A stretch of DNA of 64,000 bases from a virus (taxonomy: Duplodnaviria; Caudoviricetes): the IMG/VR virus record IMGVR_UViG_3300025066_000007; one strand, 5' to 3'. Positions within the stretch are counted from its first letter, which is position 1, and each line of letters starts with the position of its first letter. Shown here one piece after another: positions 49,306 through 58,619 of this stretch. The notes below the pieces were generated by a model. The model saw only the letters and a list, made by a program, of their open reading frames with translations. It had not been told where the DNA came from and ran no database searches. Both the position numbers and the translations under genes were made by a program.

Positions 49306-50271
49306 TCAATTTAATTCTTGCAGAAAATGATATCGATAAGTGTCATATATTATCTGCTCAATCACTTTCCTATCTGATTCTTCCGGAAGAGAGCTTGTTG
49401 CGACTGCGGCAGTTACGCTCTTAAGCCTGCTTTCGATTTCTTCAGAAATTTCCTCAACAGAAACTTCTCCTTTGCGAACTCTCAGAAGATAATCAGCTTC
49501 CTTTAAGGGAAGGGTAATAGAGCCTGTCTCTAATAGCTCGATTGCTTCGCCGGAGATTCTAAGCGCGTGCATCATAGCTTTATAGTCTGCTCCACTAGCT
49601 TCTGCCGCCGCCTGTGAACGACGACCATACCTCTCACATAAAGGAGTTAGGGTGCTATCAATGCAATATCCAAAAGTAGTGGTTACGGGCATATATCTGC
49701 CGCAAACCATTAGGGCAGGAGCTTTCTTTCCAGACTTCTTATTAAGAATCACGTCAGTAAGCTCAACGTGCTTTCTCTCAGCAAGATGTGCGAGGTCGTC
49801 TAAGTGTTCCGATAGCCTTGCATCAGAGGGCATAGACCGGAACAAACCAAGCACAGCCTTTGCATCGTTCATTCGGTCGCCCTTCAAAGAATATTTGGAA
49901 GCTTGAGATTTACAATATCCAACCATAGCGTGAACCTTTTTGTTCAAGATATGCGGCCGAAGCTCCAAGACTCTCTCCCAAACAGGAGAGGATTCTAGCC
50001 AAAATTCCTTTGGAGTAAAAAGCATATCTAAAGCATTTGTTTGCCCGGCCATACAAAGCTCTAAGAATCTACCAAACTCTATTGACTCTACATCAATATC
50101 TTCAGAAGAATTCTTCCCTGAGCTAGTGGCTGAAGACATAATCCTTTTAGTTTTAAAGAGAAATATGTCACGAGGATCTGGCAGGAAAACTTCTTTATAG
50201 TCCGTGTCGGAAGATGGAAGATTCGTTCCATAGACCTTGCTTCCAAAGAGCATCTTAACTATCGTCTTCAT
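49306..50271 (-). CDS. Nucleotidyltransferase, DNA pol-beta superfamily (RlaP-like)
   Basis: LFGSKVYGTNLPSSDTDYK, DYKAMMHALR, LLRVRKG. Confidence 0.8.
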   Translation of the reverse strand: MKTIVKMLFGSKVYGTNLPSSDTDYKEVFLPDPRDIFLFKTKRIMSSATSSGKNSSEDIDVESIEFGRFLELCMAGQTNALDMLFTPKEFWLESSPVWERVLELRPHILNKKVHAMVGYCKSQASKYSLKGDRMNDAKAVLGLFRSMPSDARLSEHLDDLAHLAERKHVELTDVILNKKSGKKAPALMVCGRYMPVTTTFGYCIDSTLTPLCERYGRRSQAAAEASGADYKAMMHALRISGEAIELLETGSITLPLKEADYLLRVRKGEVSVEEISEEIESRLKSVTAAVATSSLPEESDRKVIEQIIYDTYRYHFLQELN

Positions 50272-50280
50272 TTTAGTCCC

Positions 50281-50406
50281 CTATCCGTAAATGAGATCCA
50301 TAAACTTAATAAGTTTTGGAACAATTTCATTGGTGTGATAAATGCAATAGCCAGCTCCATAGAGAATCATTGCTACCAGCGCAGTCTTTTTAACAAAATT
50401 GATCAT
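50281..50406 (-). CDS. Small membrane peptide (41 aa, not in track)
   Basis: MINFVKKTALVAMILYGAGYCIY...; AGAGG RBS. Confidence 0.5.
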   Translation of the reverse strand: MINFVKKTALVAMILYGAGYCIYHTNEIVPKLIKFMDLIYG

Positions 50407-50437
50407 CTTTCTCTACCTCTTTCTGGCTCAGCTAACC

Positions 50438-50914
50438 TCATTTTAAGTCTTCAATTTTCTTTTCAAGCTTTTTTAATTCAGACTGAAGCTTATCACGCTT
50501 TTTCTCGGCATCGCTTAACAGTTGCGGAGCAACTGCCAGCTTCCACTTCTGCATTTTAACCTCATAATCCTTTAACTTTTCTTCATAAGAAGACATATTC
50601 TTCAAATACTCTTTCAGTTTGGCTTCATAAATTTGATTATCTTTTTCAAGATTAGGATTTTGAATGTCATAGACTATGAACATTGAAGCTCCGGAACATC
50701 CTTCATAATCATATGAAGCCTCATGATCAATCACTAGAAATATTTGCGACAAAGGAACCCCATCTGGAAGAACATCTTCTAGGGAATAGCTCTCTCGATC
50801 CTGAACCCACTCAGTTATCATAATGTGCTTTTCAAGCACTTCCTTTGGCCTGGGCGGAGCACTTGGCTTTCTCGGTTTTTTTGGCTTCTTGGGATTCATC
50901 TTACAGAATCTCAT
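50438..50914 (-). CDS. Hypothetical coiled-coil protein
   Basis: 158-aa ORF. Confidence 0.65.
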   Translation of the reverse strand: MRFCKMNPKKPKKPRKPSAPPRPKEVLEKHIMITEWVQDRESYSLEDVLPDGVPLSQIFLVIDHEASYDYEGCSGASMFIVYDIQNPNLEKDNQIYEAKLKEYLKNMSSYEEKLKDYEVKMQKWKLAVAPQLLSDAEKKRDKLQSELKKLEKKIEDLK

Positions 50915-51467
50915 CTATGACGCCAAGAAGCAAAGCCTCTTCCGCAGTCATAAACCAATCGAATTTATTCTTCATAACCTTCTTTAGCTTCTTCTTGGTA
51001 ATCTTTGTTCTATTTAAAGTTATTTCTTCAATCTTATGCTGAAGTCGCTTGCTTTCCTTGACTTTTTCTTCCATGCCTTTTATCGTTCCGTAAAAGCCTG
51101 TAGAAACCTGATGATATAGCGGAGTTGATTGAGAATAGCCAAAGCGCTTATGTCCAGATATCAAAATCATAAAGCCACAAGACATAGCTGCGCCGGTCAC
51201 AATCGTATGAATCGGGGTCCTACTTTTCTCCATGACACCCAAGAGGCCAAGACACTGATAGACTGCCCCGCCATAAGAGTCAATGTAAATCTTAATAGGA
51301 TTTAGCTTATATTTGATATTATGAATCTTATATGTCTTCTTGAGAAAAACATCATGCTCATTAATCATGACAATATTTTTCGTAAGATCATTCATCGTTT
51401 TTTGAGTAACCTGATCTGGAAGATAAAGATTTCTCTGCTTTGGGGCCGGAATTACCGTGTTGTCCAT
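50901..51467 (-). CDS. clpP: ClpP-like serine protease
   Basis: IYIDSYGG, AAMSCG (Ser), LYHQ (His), DWFMTAEEALLLGVIDEI. Confidence 0.88.
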   Translation of the reverse strand: MDNTVIPAPKQRNLYLPDQVTQKTMNDLTKNIVMINEHDVFLKKTYKIHNIKYKLNPIKIYIDSYGGAVYQCLGLLGVMEKSRTPIHTIVTGAAMSCGFMILISGHKRFGYSQSTPLYHQVSTGFYGTIKGMEEKVKESKRLQHKIEEITLNRTKITKKKLKKVMKNKFDWFMTAEEALLLGVIDEIL

Positions 51468-51495
51468 TTAATTTTTCCTAAAATTTATCAATATT

Positions 51496-51819
51496 TTAAT
51501 CACGCTCACAAACTTCTGCAAGCCGCACTTCCTCTGGAGTAAGAATCTTCTCCTTTAGAATAAAATGTTTGACCCACTTTACACGGCCTACATAAAAGGG
51601 CGTAATTTCGCTTATATATTTCATATAAGCTTCTACCGCCTGAAACATCGGGAACACACCAACGTGTCCGCTCTCACATGAGGCCACAATAGCCGGCGTC
51701 TTCCGCAACCCATTCGGACCCTCCTGATAGGCAATCTCCCTGCTGTTAGTCATAACTGATGGATTTATAGGAATTCCACACGTTTTACACAAAAAACTTT
51801 TATAGCTTAATCGTGACAT
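51496..51819 (-). CDS. Hypothetical Zn-ribbon protein
   Basis: CKTCG..CESGH. Confidence 0.6.
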   Translation of the reverse strand: MSRLSYKSFLCKTCGIPINPSVMTNSREIAYQEGPNGLRKTPAIVASCESGHVGVFPMFQAVEAYMKYISEITPFYVGRVKWVKHFILKEKILTPEEVRLAEVCERD

Positions 51820-52510
51820 CTTTTGTCCTTATAATCCTGGGCTCCGCATAAGCTCTTTTAGAAGGGGTGATTATAAGCCCTTCACCAAGGCCGCCTAATA
51901 CAACCGGCCCCATAGCCTCCGGAGGGTGATCACACCCATTAGGAGTCTCAATTCCAAGAAAGAAATAAATATTCTTTTTAAGCCCAATGTATTTCTTGAA
52001 GAAATTCGTCCAGACGTCTTTTCTCGAAATCAACTCCTCAATTATAGGAGCAGTCCCGACTTTGTCTGGAAGATCATCGGTCAGAATATAGTATTCTTTT
52101 CCATTAATCACTTTGTTCTTCCCTGGATAAGAGCGGTATGTTATTGGATGCCTCTCATACCGGCCTCTCTTAAAGCGGACAAGGACTCTTCCATGCTCTT
52201 TCGAGTCAAGCAGAAATGACTCAAGCTTATTTTTCATCATATACTTCTCGACTTCATCAGAAACTCTCTTCCCCTCTTGCGTTATCAGGTCTTTCTCGTC
52301 AAGCATTTGTTTTAAAGTTAAAATAACTCGCTCTATAGAGAAACCAAGGAGACTCTTCATATCTTTTTTCTTCCATTTTTTAAGATATGGTTTTTTAATA
52401 TATGAATTAGCAAGAAGCCTCTGCTTCTTATCAAGTAGTATGGGAGTCTCCGCTAACTTCGAAACAAAGTCTAACTCATCATAGTCAATTCTGTATTCTG
52501 TAGACGCCAT
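51800..52510 (-). CDS. Hypothetical protein
   Basis: 236-aa ORF. Confidence 0.7.
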   Translation of the reverse strand: MASTEYRIDYDELDFVSKLAETPILLDKKQRLLANSYIKKPYLKKWKKKDMKSLLGFSIERVILTLKQMLDEKDLITQEGKRVSDEVEKYMMKNKLESFLLDSKEHGRVLVRFKRGRYERHPITYRSYPGKNKVINGKEYYILTDDLPDKVGTAPIIEELISRKDVWTNFFKKYIGLKKNIYFFLGIETPNGCDHPPEAMGPVVLGGLGEGLIITPSKRAYAEPRIIRTKDVTIKL

Positions 52511-52794
52511 TATTTCCCTGCTTTCTTATCTCCGTAACTATCTTTGAGCCACTCTTGAACAGTCGGGCCTGCCTCATACTCCCTGACTCCATCTTCATTC
52601 TTTCTTCCGCTGCCGATGCGAACAAAGCCACACTCTTTGCACGCGGACGCGAGTGAGTCTGGAATATGAAACCACTTTACAGTCTTGCTGCAACGATTGC
52701 AGTGATCGCCCAAGACCTTTTGGCCGTCAAATTCGTGCCTGCTGCTCACTGCTCTAAGCCTTTTCTGGCAGCATTCCAGCCGCCCGCATAGCAT
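52510..52794 (-). CDS. Small Cys-rich protein
   Basis: CNRC, CKECG. Confidence 0.55.
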   Translation of the reverse strand: MLCGRLECCQKRLRAVSSRHEFDGQKVLGDHCNRCSKTVKWFHIPDSLASACKECGFVRIGSGRKNEDGVREYEAGPTVQEWLKDSYGDKKAGK

Positions 52795-53401
52795 CTATAG
52801 TAAGCGGAAAGCTTCCTTCCTCCTCAACTAACGCAAGCATTTTCTCTGCAATTTCCCTTATCTCTACTTGTGCGTGCTCATCATTTCTTAGATTTTGAAA
52901 GTGAGCGAACGACCTCCAATTAAACATAACATCAGAAGTTATCTGAATTCCATATGGGAGATAAAATCTGGCACTTTCTTTAGCTCTCTTTCTTGAGATT
53001 CCAGCCTTTTCCAGCCGTTTAATGCAAGAATGGTATCTTAAATATGACTCTTCCACATGAGCTCTCAAGGCGCACTGCTGACTTATCGGCCAATCGCTTG
53101 GAACGTAATATTTGTCCTCTGTAAACTCCTTATATCGGGAAGATTCTGCATTCAGCGAAACGCCAGAGCGATGCTTTAGAAGGTGGATGTGCGATGCAAT
53201 ATCCGTTGTAATCAAGAAGTGTAAACTAGACTTCTCGAAAGGAGTATGATGAAATTCTGTTGCAAGCATACGTAGTAGCTTATCAACCCTTCCTAGTTTC
53301 TTGGGCGTTAGCTCTCTGTTTGTACTTGTCCAAGCGGAGCAAGCATGGGTCAGGTCGTTTCCATAAACGCCAATTAATTCTACGCTATTTTCATGAGTCA
53401 T
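52754..53401 (-). CDS. thyX: FAD-dependent thymidylate synthase (start re-assigned to ATG 53401)
   Basis: HHTPFEK, HLLKHR..SLNAESSRY, ARFYLP, LRNDEHAQVEIR. Confidence 0.93.
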   Translation of the reverse strand: MTHENSVELIGVYGNDLTHACSAWTSTNRELTPKKLGRVDKLLRMLATEFHHTPFEKSSLHFLITTDIASHIHLLKHRSGVSLNAESSRYKEFTEDKYYVPSDWPISQQCALRAHVEESYLRYHSCIKRLEKAGISRKRAKESARFYLPYGIQITSDVMFNWRSFAHFQNLRNDEHAQVEIREIAEKMLALVEEEGSFPLTIDAMRAAGMLPEKA

Positions 53402-53534
53402 ACTAAACTTCCTTCCCCCGCGGGCGCCGGGCAAAATCTTCACATTAATTTATTCTAAATATTTGGCTAGGCAACCACCCACCTAACCGCGCCTTTCGGC
53501 CCGCCCGCTACAAGCGGGGTAACTTCATTTTTTA

Positions 53535-53741
53535 TCAAACCTCTAATGTCTCTGAGTAACTCGGCAGAGGGCCAAGTCTCCAGGGGGCCTTTCTAAGCGT
53601 CCTATATCCTGATGCTTTGTCTCTATATTCGATGGCTTCCTCTAACATTTCTGGAGGGAAAACTGCCATAATAACTACGGGATAATCTGGCGCTGTCGCA
53701 AAAACAAATAGCCAACAGTCCTTCATCACGTTCCCCGACAA
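53535..53741 (-). CDS. Hypothetical protein
   Basis: 68-aa ORF. Confidence 0.55.
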   Translation of the reverse strand: MSGNVMKDCWLFVFATAPDYPVVIMAVFPPEMLEEAIEYRDKASGYRTLRKAPWRLGPLPSYSETLEV

Positions 53742-54931
53742 ATAACAGTGAACTGCTTTTCTTGATCAAAGATTTCTACAGCCGCCTCAGAAACATCGGC
53801 CGGAGTAACCGCCTCTACTCCAGAGATATAGTCTTCAATAGAAGGAAGTCCGCTAAGCCTACGCTTAACCGCCCAATATGCCAGACTATAACTATCTTCC
53901 ATCGCAGAATAGAATGAAGACCTAATCTTGTTCTTGGCCCTCTGAACCTCTTCTGCACTTGGCATGTTCGCCTTAACTCTAGAAAGCTCTTTTCCGACAA
54001 TTTCTATTGCCGGAGTTATGTTCTCTTCCCTTGTTGAGAACTCTACCATAGAAGCTCCGCCTCCCTGAAAATCTGTTGTTCCAGCAGAAATAGAATACAC
54101 AAGACCACTCTTTTCCCTTACTTCTTCGAACAGCCTAGAGTCCATTCCTCGTCCTAAAATGGTTGTCAATACCATCATAGAACTGCGAAGTTCAGATCCA
54201 GTAGGCTTTGACGGCATTCCAAGCCAAACATATGCATGTTCAATGCCGCCCTTCTCTAGCTCTCCATATCGCTTGCCCATATAACCAGACTCTTTAAATT
54301 TATAGGGATTTCTCGTCTTGCCAGTGGCCCTTCCGAAGTATCGATTCAACAAGTTCTTCATATCCTTCTTCTTTAGATTGCTGCAGATAGAGACAATCGC
54401 GTCTTTTCTATTACAGAACTGAGAGTGAAAGCGCTTAATCTCATCTACAGAAAACTTAGAGATAGACTCCTGAGTTCCAATAACAGGAGTTGTTAGATAA
54501 TTGTCGAAAAAGCTTTCCGAAAACATATTCCACATATATGAGGATACACTATCCAGAGAAGAAATCTCCTCCTCTTTAACAACCTCAATCTCCCTCAGAA
54601 TCTCTTCCTCTGGAAAAATCGGATTAAAAACCATATCCGACAAAATCTCTACGCAAGGCTCTAGGTTCTCATAAGGGACCGTGATAAAATATACTACTGC
54701 CTCATGCGAGGTAAATGCGTTAGATGATCCTCCCAAAAACCCTATCTTCCTCTGAATCTCCGATGCCGTTCTTGTTGCCGTCCCCTTAAATAAAGAGTGC
54801 TCAAGCATATGGGCCATTCCAGAACTATACTTTCCTCTAGACTCAACTCGTGACCCTGCATTAAACGCAACCATAACAGTGGCTATGCGACTATGGGTTT
54901 TTGAAATCTCATGAATCATTAAATTCTCCAA
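53726..54931 (-). CDS. M16-family zinc metallopeptidase
   Basis: GMAHMLEHSLFKG (HxxEH), NAFTS, SRLFEEVREKSGLVYS. Confidence 0.92.
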   Translation of the reverse strand: MENLMIHEISKTHSRIATVMVAFNAGSRVESRGKYSSGMAHMLEHSLFKGTATRTASEIQRKIGFLGGSSNAFTSHEAVVYFITVPYENLEPCVEILSDMVFNPIFPEEEILREIEVVKEEEISSLDSVSSYMWNMFSESFFDNYLTTPVIGTQESISKFSVDEIKRFHSQFCNRKDAIVSICSNLKKKDMKNLLNRYFGRATGKTRNPYKFKESGYMGKRYGELEKGGIEHAYVWLGMPSKPTGSELRSSMMVLTTILGRGMDSRLFEEVREKSGLVYSISAGTTDFQGGGASMVEFSTREENITPAIEIVGKELSRVKANMPSAEEVQRAKNKIRSSFYSAMEDSYSLAYWAVKRRLSGLPSIEDYISGVEAVTPADVSEAAVEIFDQEKQFTVICRGT

Positions 54932-54935
54932 AAAA

Positions 54936-54967
54936 AAGAGGACAAAGAGATACCCCTTTGCCCTCTT
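54936..54967 (-). terminator. Intrinsic terminator
   Basis: AAGAGGACAAAG/CTTTGCCCTCTT stem with a poly-U tract on the minus strand. Confidence 0.65.
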
Positions 54968-55004
54968 CCTGAGCCAGAAGCTTGTTTCCGGCTTATTGTT
55001 TTCG

Positions 55005-56141
55005 CTACTTTTGTTCGATTACGACCTTTTTGCCGTAAGGAAAGTTTACACCCTCGTCCTGCTTACATACGGCCCATAGAACACGAGCCTTCGGCTTGTC
55101 TGGAAATGGAGCATAACCGTCTGTAAACACAGCAAGACCATCGTACTTCAGCTCATCAACCATCTGGATAACTGGAGCGAAGCAAGTTCCTCCACGTCCC
55201 TTGATAGCAATTGAGGACTTCTTCTTAGAAAAAGGCTGAGGCTTTCCGTATACCTGCGTATCAAACTGAATAAAATCAACCTCAACGTGATCAATCATTC
55301 CGTTTAATTCTGTCGCAAAGTATTCTAGCTGCTTATCAGAAACAGAGCCCGAAGTATCAAACGCTACGAGCAGACGGCTCGTATAGTTCCTCTTTGAGCC
55401 AGGAGAAGTAAAGCCATAACGTCGGTTAGGACGCATACGAGTGTTCCTTCGTCCCATCATTACAAGCTTGTTGATAAACCAGCGAACTTCCTTCTTCCAG
55501 TTAACTACAGGCTTATTGGCCGCGATAATTTGCGCGGCAATACCACCCGCAATATTCCCCCAGCCCTTCTTCTCCTGAGCCTTAATCGCCTTTTCGGCAA
55601 TACCCCTAATCTTTTCCTCGACAATATCATCATCGAAGTCTTCCCACATAGAGTGGTCGTCTAGAGTCTCGCCGTACTTTTCGCCAAGCCCTCCAAATCC
55701 ATCCTCATTTTCTTCAGCCTCTTTCTTCAGCTTTTCATAGTACCACTCTGCCGACTGATTTTCTTCAAGGCCGAAAGTCGCGGGATAAATCGCCCCGTCA
55801 GGAAGTCCTTCAATGTGACAGTTGATTGCCGCATCGGCAGCAAGGTTATATCCCTTCATGTTATACGCAAAATGTTTTGAGCGCGTCAGGTGATGAAGAA
55901 GAATGTGTAGCGCCTCATGCTTCAGCACTCCTCGAAGCTCCGTTGCAGAAAGCTTCGCAACGAAATCCGGGTTATAGTACAAAGCTAGGTCTACACGGCG
56001 AATTACTCCAACCGCCATAGTTGGCAGGTCCTTTCGTTCCTTCTTGTTCAAAAAGAGAAAGACCTCTCCATAAAGAGGCCGAAAAGCTACTAGCTTTGAA
56101 ATAGCTGAGTTTAGCTTATTTTTTACGTCTACGTTTGCCAT
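55005..56141 (-). CDS. Metallopeptidase-like + vWA domain protein (DUF2201 type)
   Basis: LKHEALH (HExxH), AADAAIN, AFDTSGSV (MIDAS), GRGGT. Confidence 0.85.
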   Translation of the reverse strand: MANVDVKNKLNSAISKLVAFRPLYGEVFLFLNKKERKDLPTMAVGVIRRVDLALYYNPDFVAKLSATELRGVLKHEALHILLHHLTRSKHFAYNMKGYNLAADAAINCHIEGLPDGAIYPATFGLEENQSAEWYYEKLKKEAEENEDGFGGLGEKYGETLDDHSMWEDFDDDIVEEKIRGIAEKAIKAQEKKGWGNIAGGIAAQIIAANKPVVNWKKEVRWFINKLVMMGRRNTRMRPNRRYGFTSPGSKRNYTSRLLVAFDTSGSVSDKQLEYFATELNGMIDHVEVDFIQFDTQVYGKPQPFSKKKSSIAIKGRGGTCFAPVIQMVDELKYDGLAVFTDGYAPFPDKPKARVLWAVCKQDEGVNFPYGKKVVIEQK

Positions 56142-56208
56142 ATGTTCTCCATTAAGTAGATGTTTCAGGCACCAGATAACCCCGTGCCTGCCTGCGGGCT
56201 AAAGCAAA

Positions 56209-57285
56209 TTAGTTTGAGAGATAAATCTGCTTTAGATGCTCGCGGAAGTCCTCGTCGGACTGCCATTCCATTACGATCTTCTTAGTCTTCTTTCCACCCA
56301 GCATAGAAACCCATGCCTGTGAAGCTACATCATTTGGTAGCATCAGGAAGAAAGAGCGCAGATTAGACCGCTGCTTTTCCTTCATCTTAGTGAGGCTTCG
56401 GCTGTTAACCTCCGCAACAACGGACCTTGACAGAGCGGCGATAACCTCAATGTCATTGCAGGCAGACTCAACCTTCGACTTGACCTTCTCGAAGGTATCA
56501 ATGACTTCTTCCGGTCGAAGATGCGAAAACTCATTCGTTAGAAACTTCTGGAACATAACGGCGATTTCTCGACCGAGCCATCCCTTCGTAACCTGAGTGA
56601 GCATTCCGTCCTCAGCCCTAGAGTCAAGCCCCATATGAGTTAGCGTGTCACTGAACGCAACCCAACTTCGACGTGAAGGATAAATTCGGCCAGCCTCCAG
56701 GTTTCCAACCGGAGGGTCAAGAAGGTTCTGGTTACGGTTAACGAACTCTACTACAGCCTTATGAACCCCGTTGTCCCGTGCCCAATCCATCCACTCTACA
56801 GCAGAGGGATCAAAGTCAATGTGGAACCAGCGGTCATTGAGCGCCGGGTCAAGTTCCACAACGTCGTAATCATCGTCCGAGTTGACAGCCGAAACTACTC
56901 GCCAACCATCGGGCAGCTTTTCACCATCAAGGCGGCGGTCGAGACAAATCTCGAAAACAGCTTGAAGAACATCTTTTGATGCGCGGTTAAGCTCGTCAAA
57001 GAAAAGAATTCCCTTTGAAGTCTGAGCACGCGGCCACCACTCTTGCTTTAGAAAGCGAATGATATCCTTATCGATATCCTTATGAGGCATTCCCTTGATA
57101 TCACCAACTTCGCACTGAGAAAGCCTTACGTCCCAAAAGCCGTACTCCTCTCCTGACTCTGCCGATAGTTCTTCGGCAACTTGTCGTACTACAGAAGACT
57201 TGCCTACTCCATGCTTCGCGTGAAGCATGATAGACTTATCATTGGGCATGTTCTTAAGAATCTCTTTGGTCTGACTAATGTTCAC
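56209..57285 (-). CDS. AAA+ ATPase (MoxR/dynein-related), partner of the vWA protein; start re-assigned to GTG 57285
   Basis: AKHGVGKS, LFFDELNR, DPALNDRW, PSRRSW; AAGGAG RBS before GTG. Confidence 0.87.
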   Translation of the reverse strand: MNISQTKEILKNMPNDKSIMLHAKHGVGKSSVVRQVAEELSAESGEEYGFWDVRLSQCEVGDIKGMPHKDIDKDIIRFLKQEWWPRAQTSKGILFFDELNRASKDVLQAVFEICLDRRLDGEKLPDGWRVVSAVNSDDDYDVVELDPALNDRWFHIDFDPSAVEWMDWARDNGVHKAVVEFVNRNQNLLDPPVGNLEAGRIYPSRRSWVAFSDTLTHMGLDSRAEDGMLTQVTKGWLGREIAVMFQKFLTNEFSHLRPEEVIDTFEKVKSKVESACNDIEVIAALSRSVVAEVNSRSLTKMKEKQRSNLRSFFLMLPNDVASQAWVSMLGGKKTKKIVMEWQSDEDFREHLKQIYLSN

Positions 57286-57435
57286 AGTATATCTCCTTAC
57301 AGCTTGTACAAATTCGCGGAGGATTCCACGCCCCAATATAGTGAGGACAGAGCGATATTTCCAATATCTTTTGCTGCGTATTTTCAATCTTTAAACAAAT
57401 TTTTGAAGCACCCGAGGGCTCATCCCTCACGCCCT

Positions 57436-57464
57436 GATATAGTGCAGGGCAGATTTATATTACG
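57436..57464 (-). promoter_or_regulatory. Conserved 29-bp motif (copy 1), putative phage promoter
   Basis: CGTAATATAAATCTGCCCTGCACTATATC; 25/29 identical to the copy at 62803-62831. Confidence 0.6.
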
Positions 57465-57873
57465 TTTTTTGCAAGCCCTCCTTTGTTGGAGCACTATCCT
57501 CAGATACATCTAGGATTGCCTGCTTGGCAACCTCTAGTCTGTCCCGAAAGCCTTGTAGAACTCCGGAAAGCTCACTCAAAGAGTGAGCAGCAGAGCCCTC
57601 ATTAGAAGGCTCAATTTGAGCCCCTGAGCCAAGAAGAGAGGATACTAAACCTCCCAAATCAAACGACTCCAATACTCCGTCCTTCTCTCCCATTATATCA
57701 GACGCAAAGCTTGTAGCTTCTTCAAATCGCTCTTCTATAGAGGAAAGTCTTTGCTCTATCCCCTCAAGCCTCTCAACAACTAATTCTTCAAATTCTGTCA
57801 TGTCTCTCTCCAATCTACTCTGTCTTCTTCTTGATATAAGCCTCAAATCTCTTCGCAAAAGCCTCTGAGTCAT
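57460..57873 (-). CDS. Hypothetical coiled-coil protein (true start probably MTEFEE)
   Basis: ORF track. Confidence 0.65.
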   Translation of the reverse strand: MTQRLLRRDLRLISRRRQSRLERDMTEFEELVVERLEGIEQRLSSIEERFEEATSFASDIMGEKDGVLESFDLGGLVSSLLGSGAQIEPSNEGSAAHSLSELSGVLQGFRDRLEVAKQAILDVSEDSAPTKEGLQKT

Positions 57874-58441
57874 TTCCGTAATGATGGGATAAGCATTGCC
57901 TATCCCACATATAATGGGCCATTTCGTGTGCTAAAGATAAGTAGTTCTGCCTAGGAGACAAGTCAGTTAACAATATAGATGAATTAGCCTTAATCTCTGG
58001 AGTCGTATCATAAAAGGCATATACAATACCTCCGCCCCATCCTATTGAACGAAAGTATGCCGCAAACCTATCTTCAGATAGCATCTTATCTTTATCTATA
58101 ATAAAGATATTTAAATTAAATCCATATCTGCAATCAGCCGTGCTTCCTACTGTTTCTGTTACAAACATCCTATAGAAAAAGACTATTCCCTCCATGGCCT
58201 CGTGAATGTCTCCCGGAGGATATGCCACAAGGAGCCTGCTTTTTGAGGAGTGCGGATAAGCCTGATATGAAACGGTATACGGCAAAGCCTCTCCGGCTAC
58301 AGAAACAGACTTAGACACAATATGTTCTGTCGCTATATCTCCTATAAACTTTGATTTATAGGGCTCTGCGCTAGCCGGAGAAACACTTAGAGCAAGAAGT
58401 ATACTAGCGCCTATTAAAGTTCTTATCACTTCTCTTTCCAC
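57815..58441 (-). CDS. Secreted/periplasmic putative zinc metallopeptidase
   Basis: Signal-peptide-like N-terminus (LIGASILLALSVSPASA) and LAHEMAH (HExxH). Confidence 0.6.
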   Translation of the reverse strand: MEREVIRTLIGASILLALSVSPASAEPYKSKFIGDIATEHIVSKSVSVAGEALPYTVSYQAYPHSSKSRLLVAYPPGDIHEAMEGIVFFYRMFVTETVGSTADCRYGFNLNIFIIDKDKMLSEDRFAAYFRSIGWGGGIVYAFYDTTPEIKANSSILLTDLSPRQNYLSLAHEMAHYMWDRQCLSHHYGNDSEAFAKRFEAYIKKKTE

Positions 58442-58619
58442 TTCTTGCTCTTCCGATAACTTCCACTCTAAGGTTAGGATTCAGCTTTAGATTTTCCACA
58501 TGGTCCAGGGGAACTCCAGAATGTTCAAAAACTGCGTTTGTATCCTTGTTAGTAACCTTAATATTTAGAAAAACTTCTCTTTCGGACCTCATACACATCC
58601 TCCTATTCGAGAGCCTCAA
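58404..58619 (-). CDS. Hypothetical protein
   Basis: 71-aa ORF. Confidence 0.55.
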   Translation of the reverse strand: MRLSNRRMCMRSEREVFLNIKVTNKDTNAVFEHSGVPLDHVENLKLNPNLRVEVIGRARSGKRSDKNFNRR

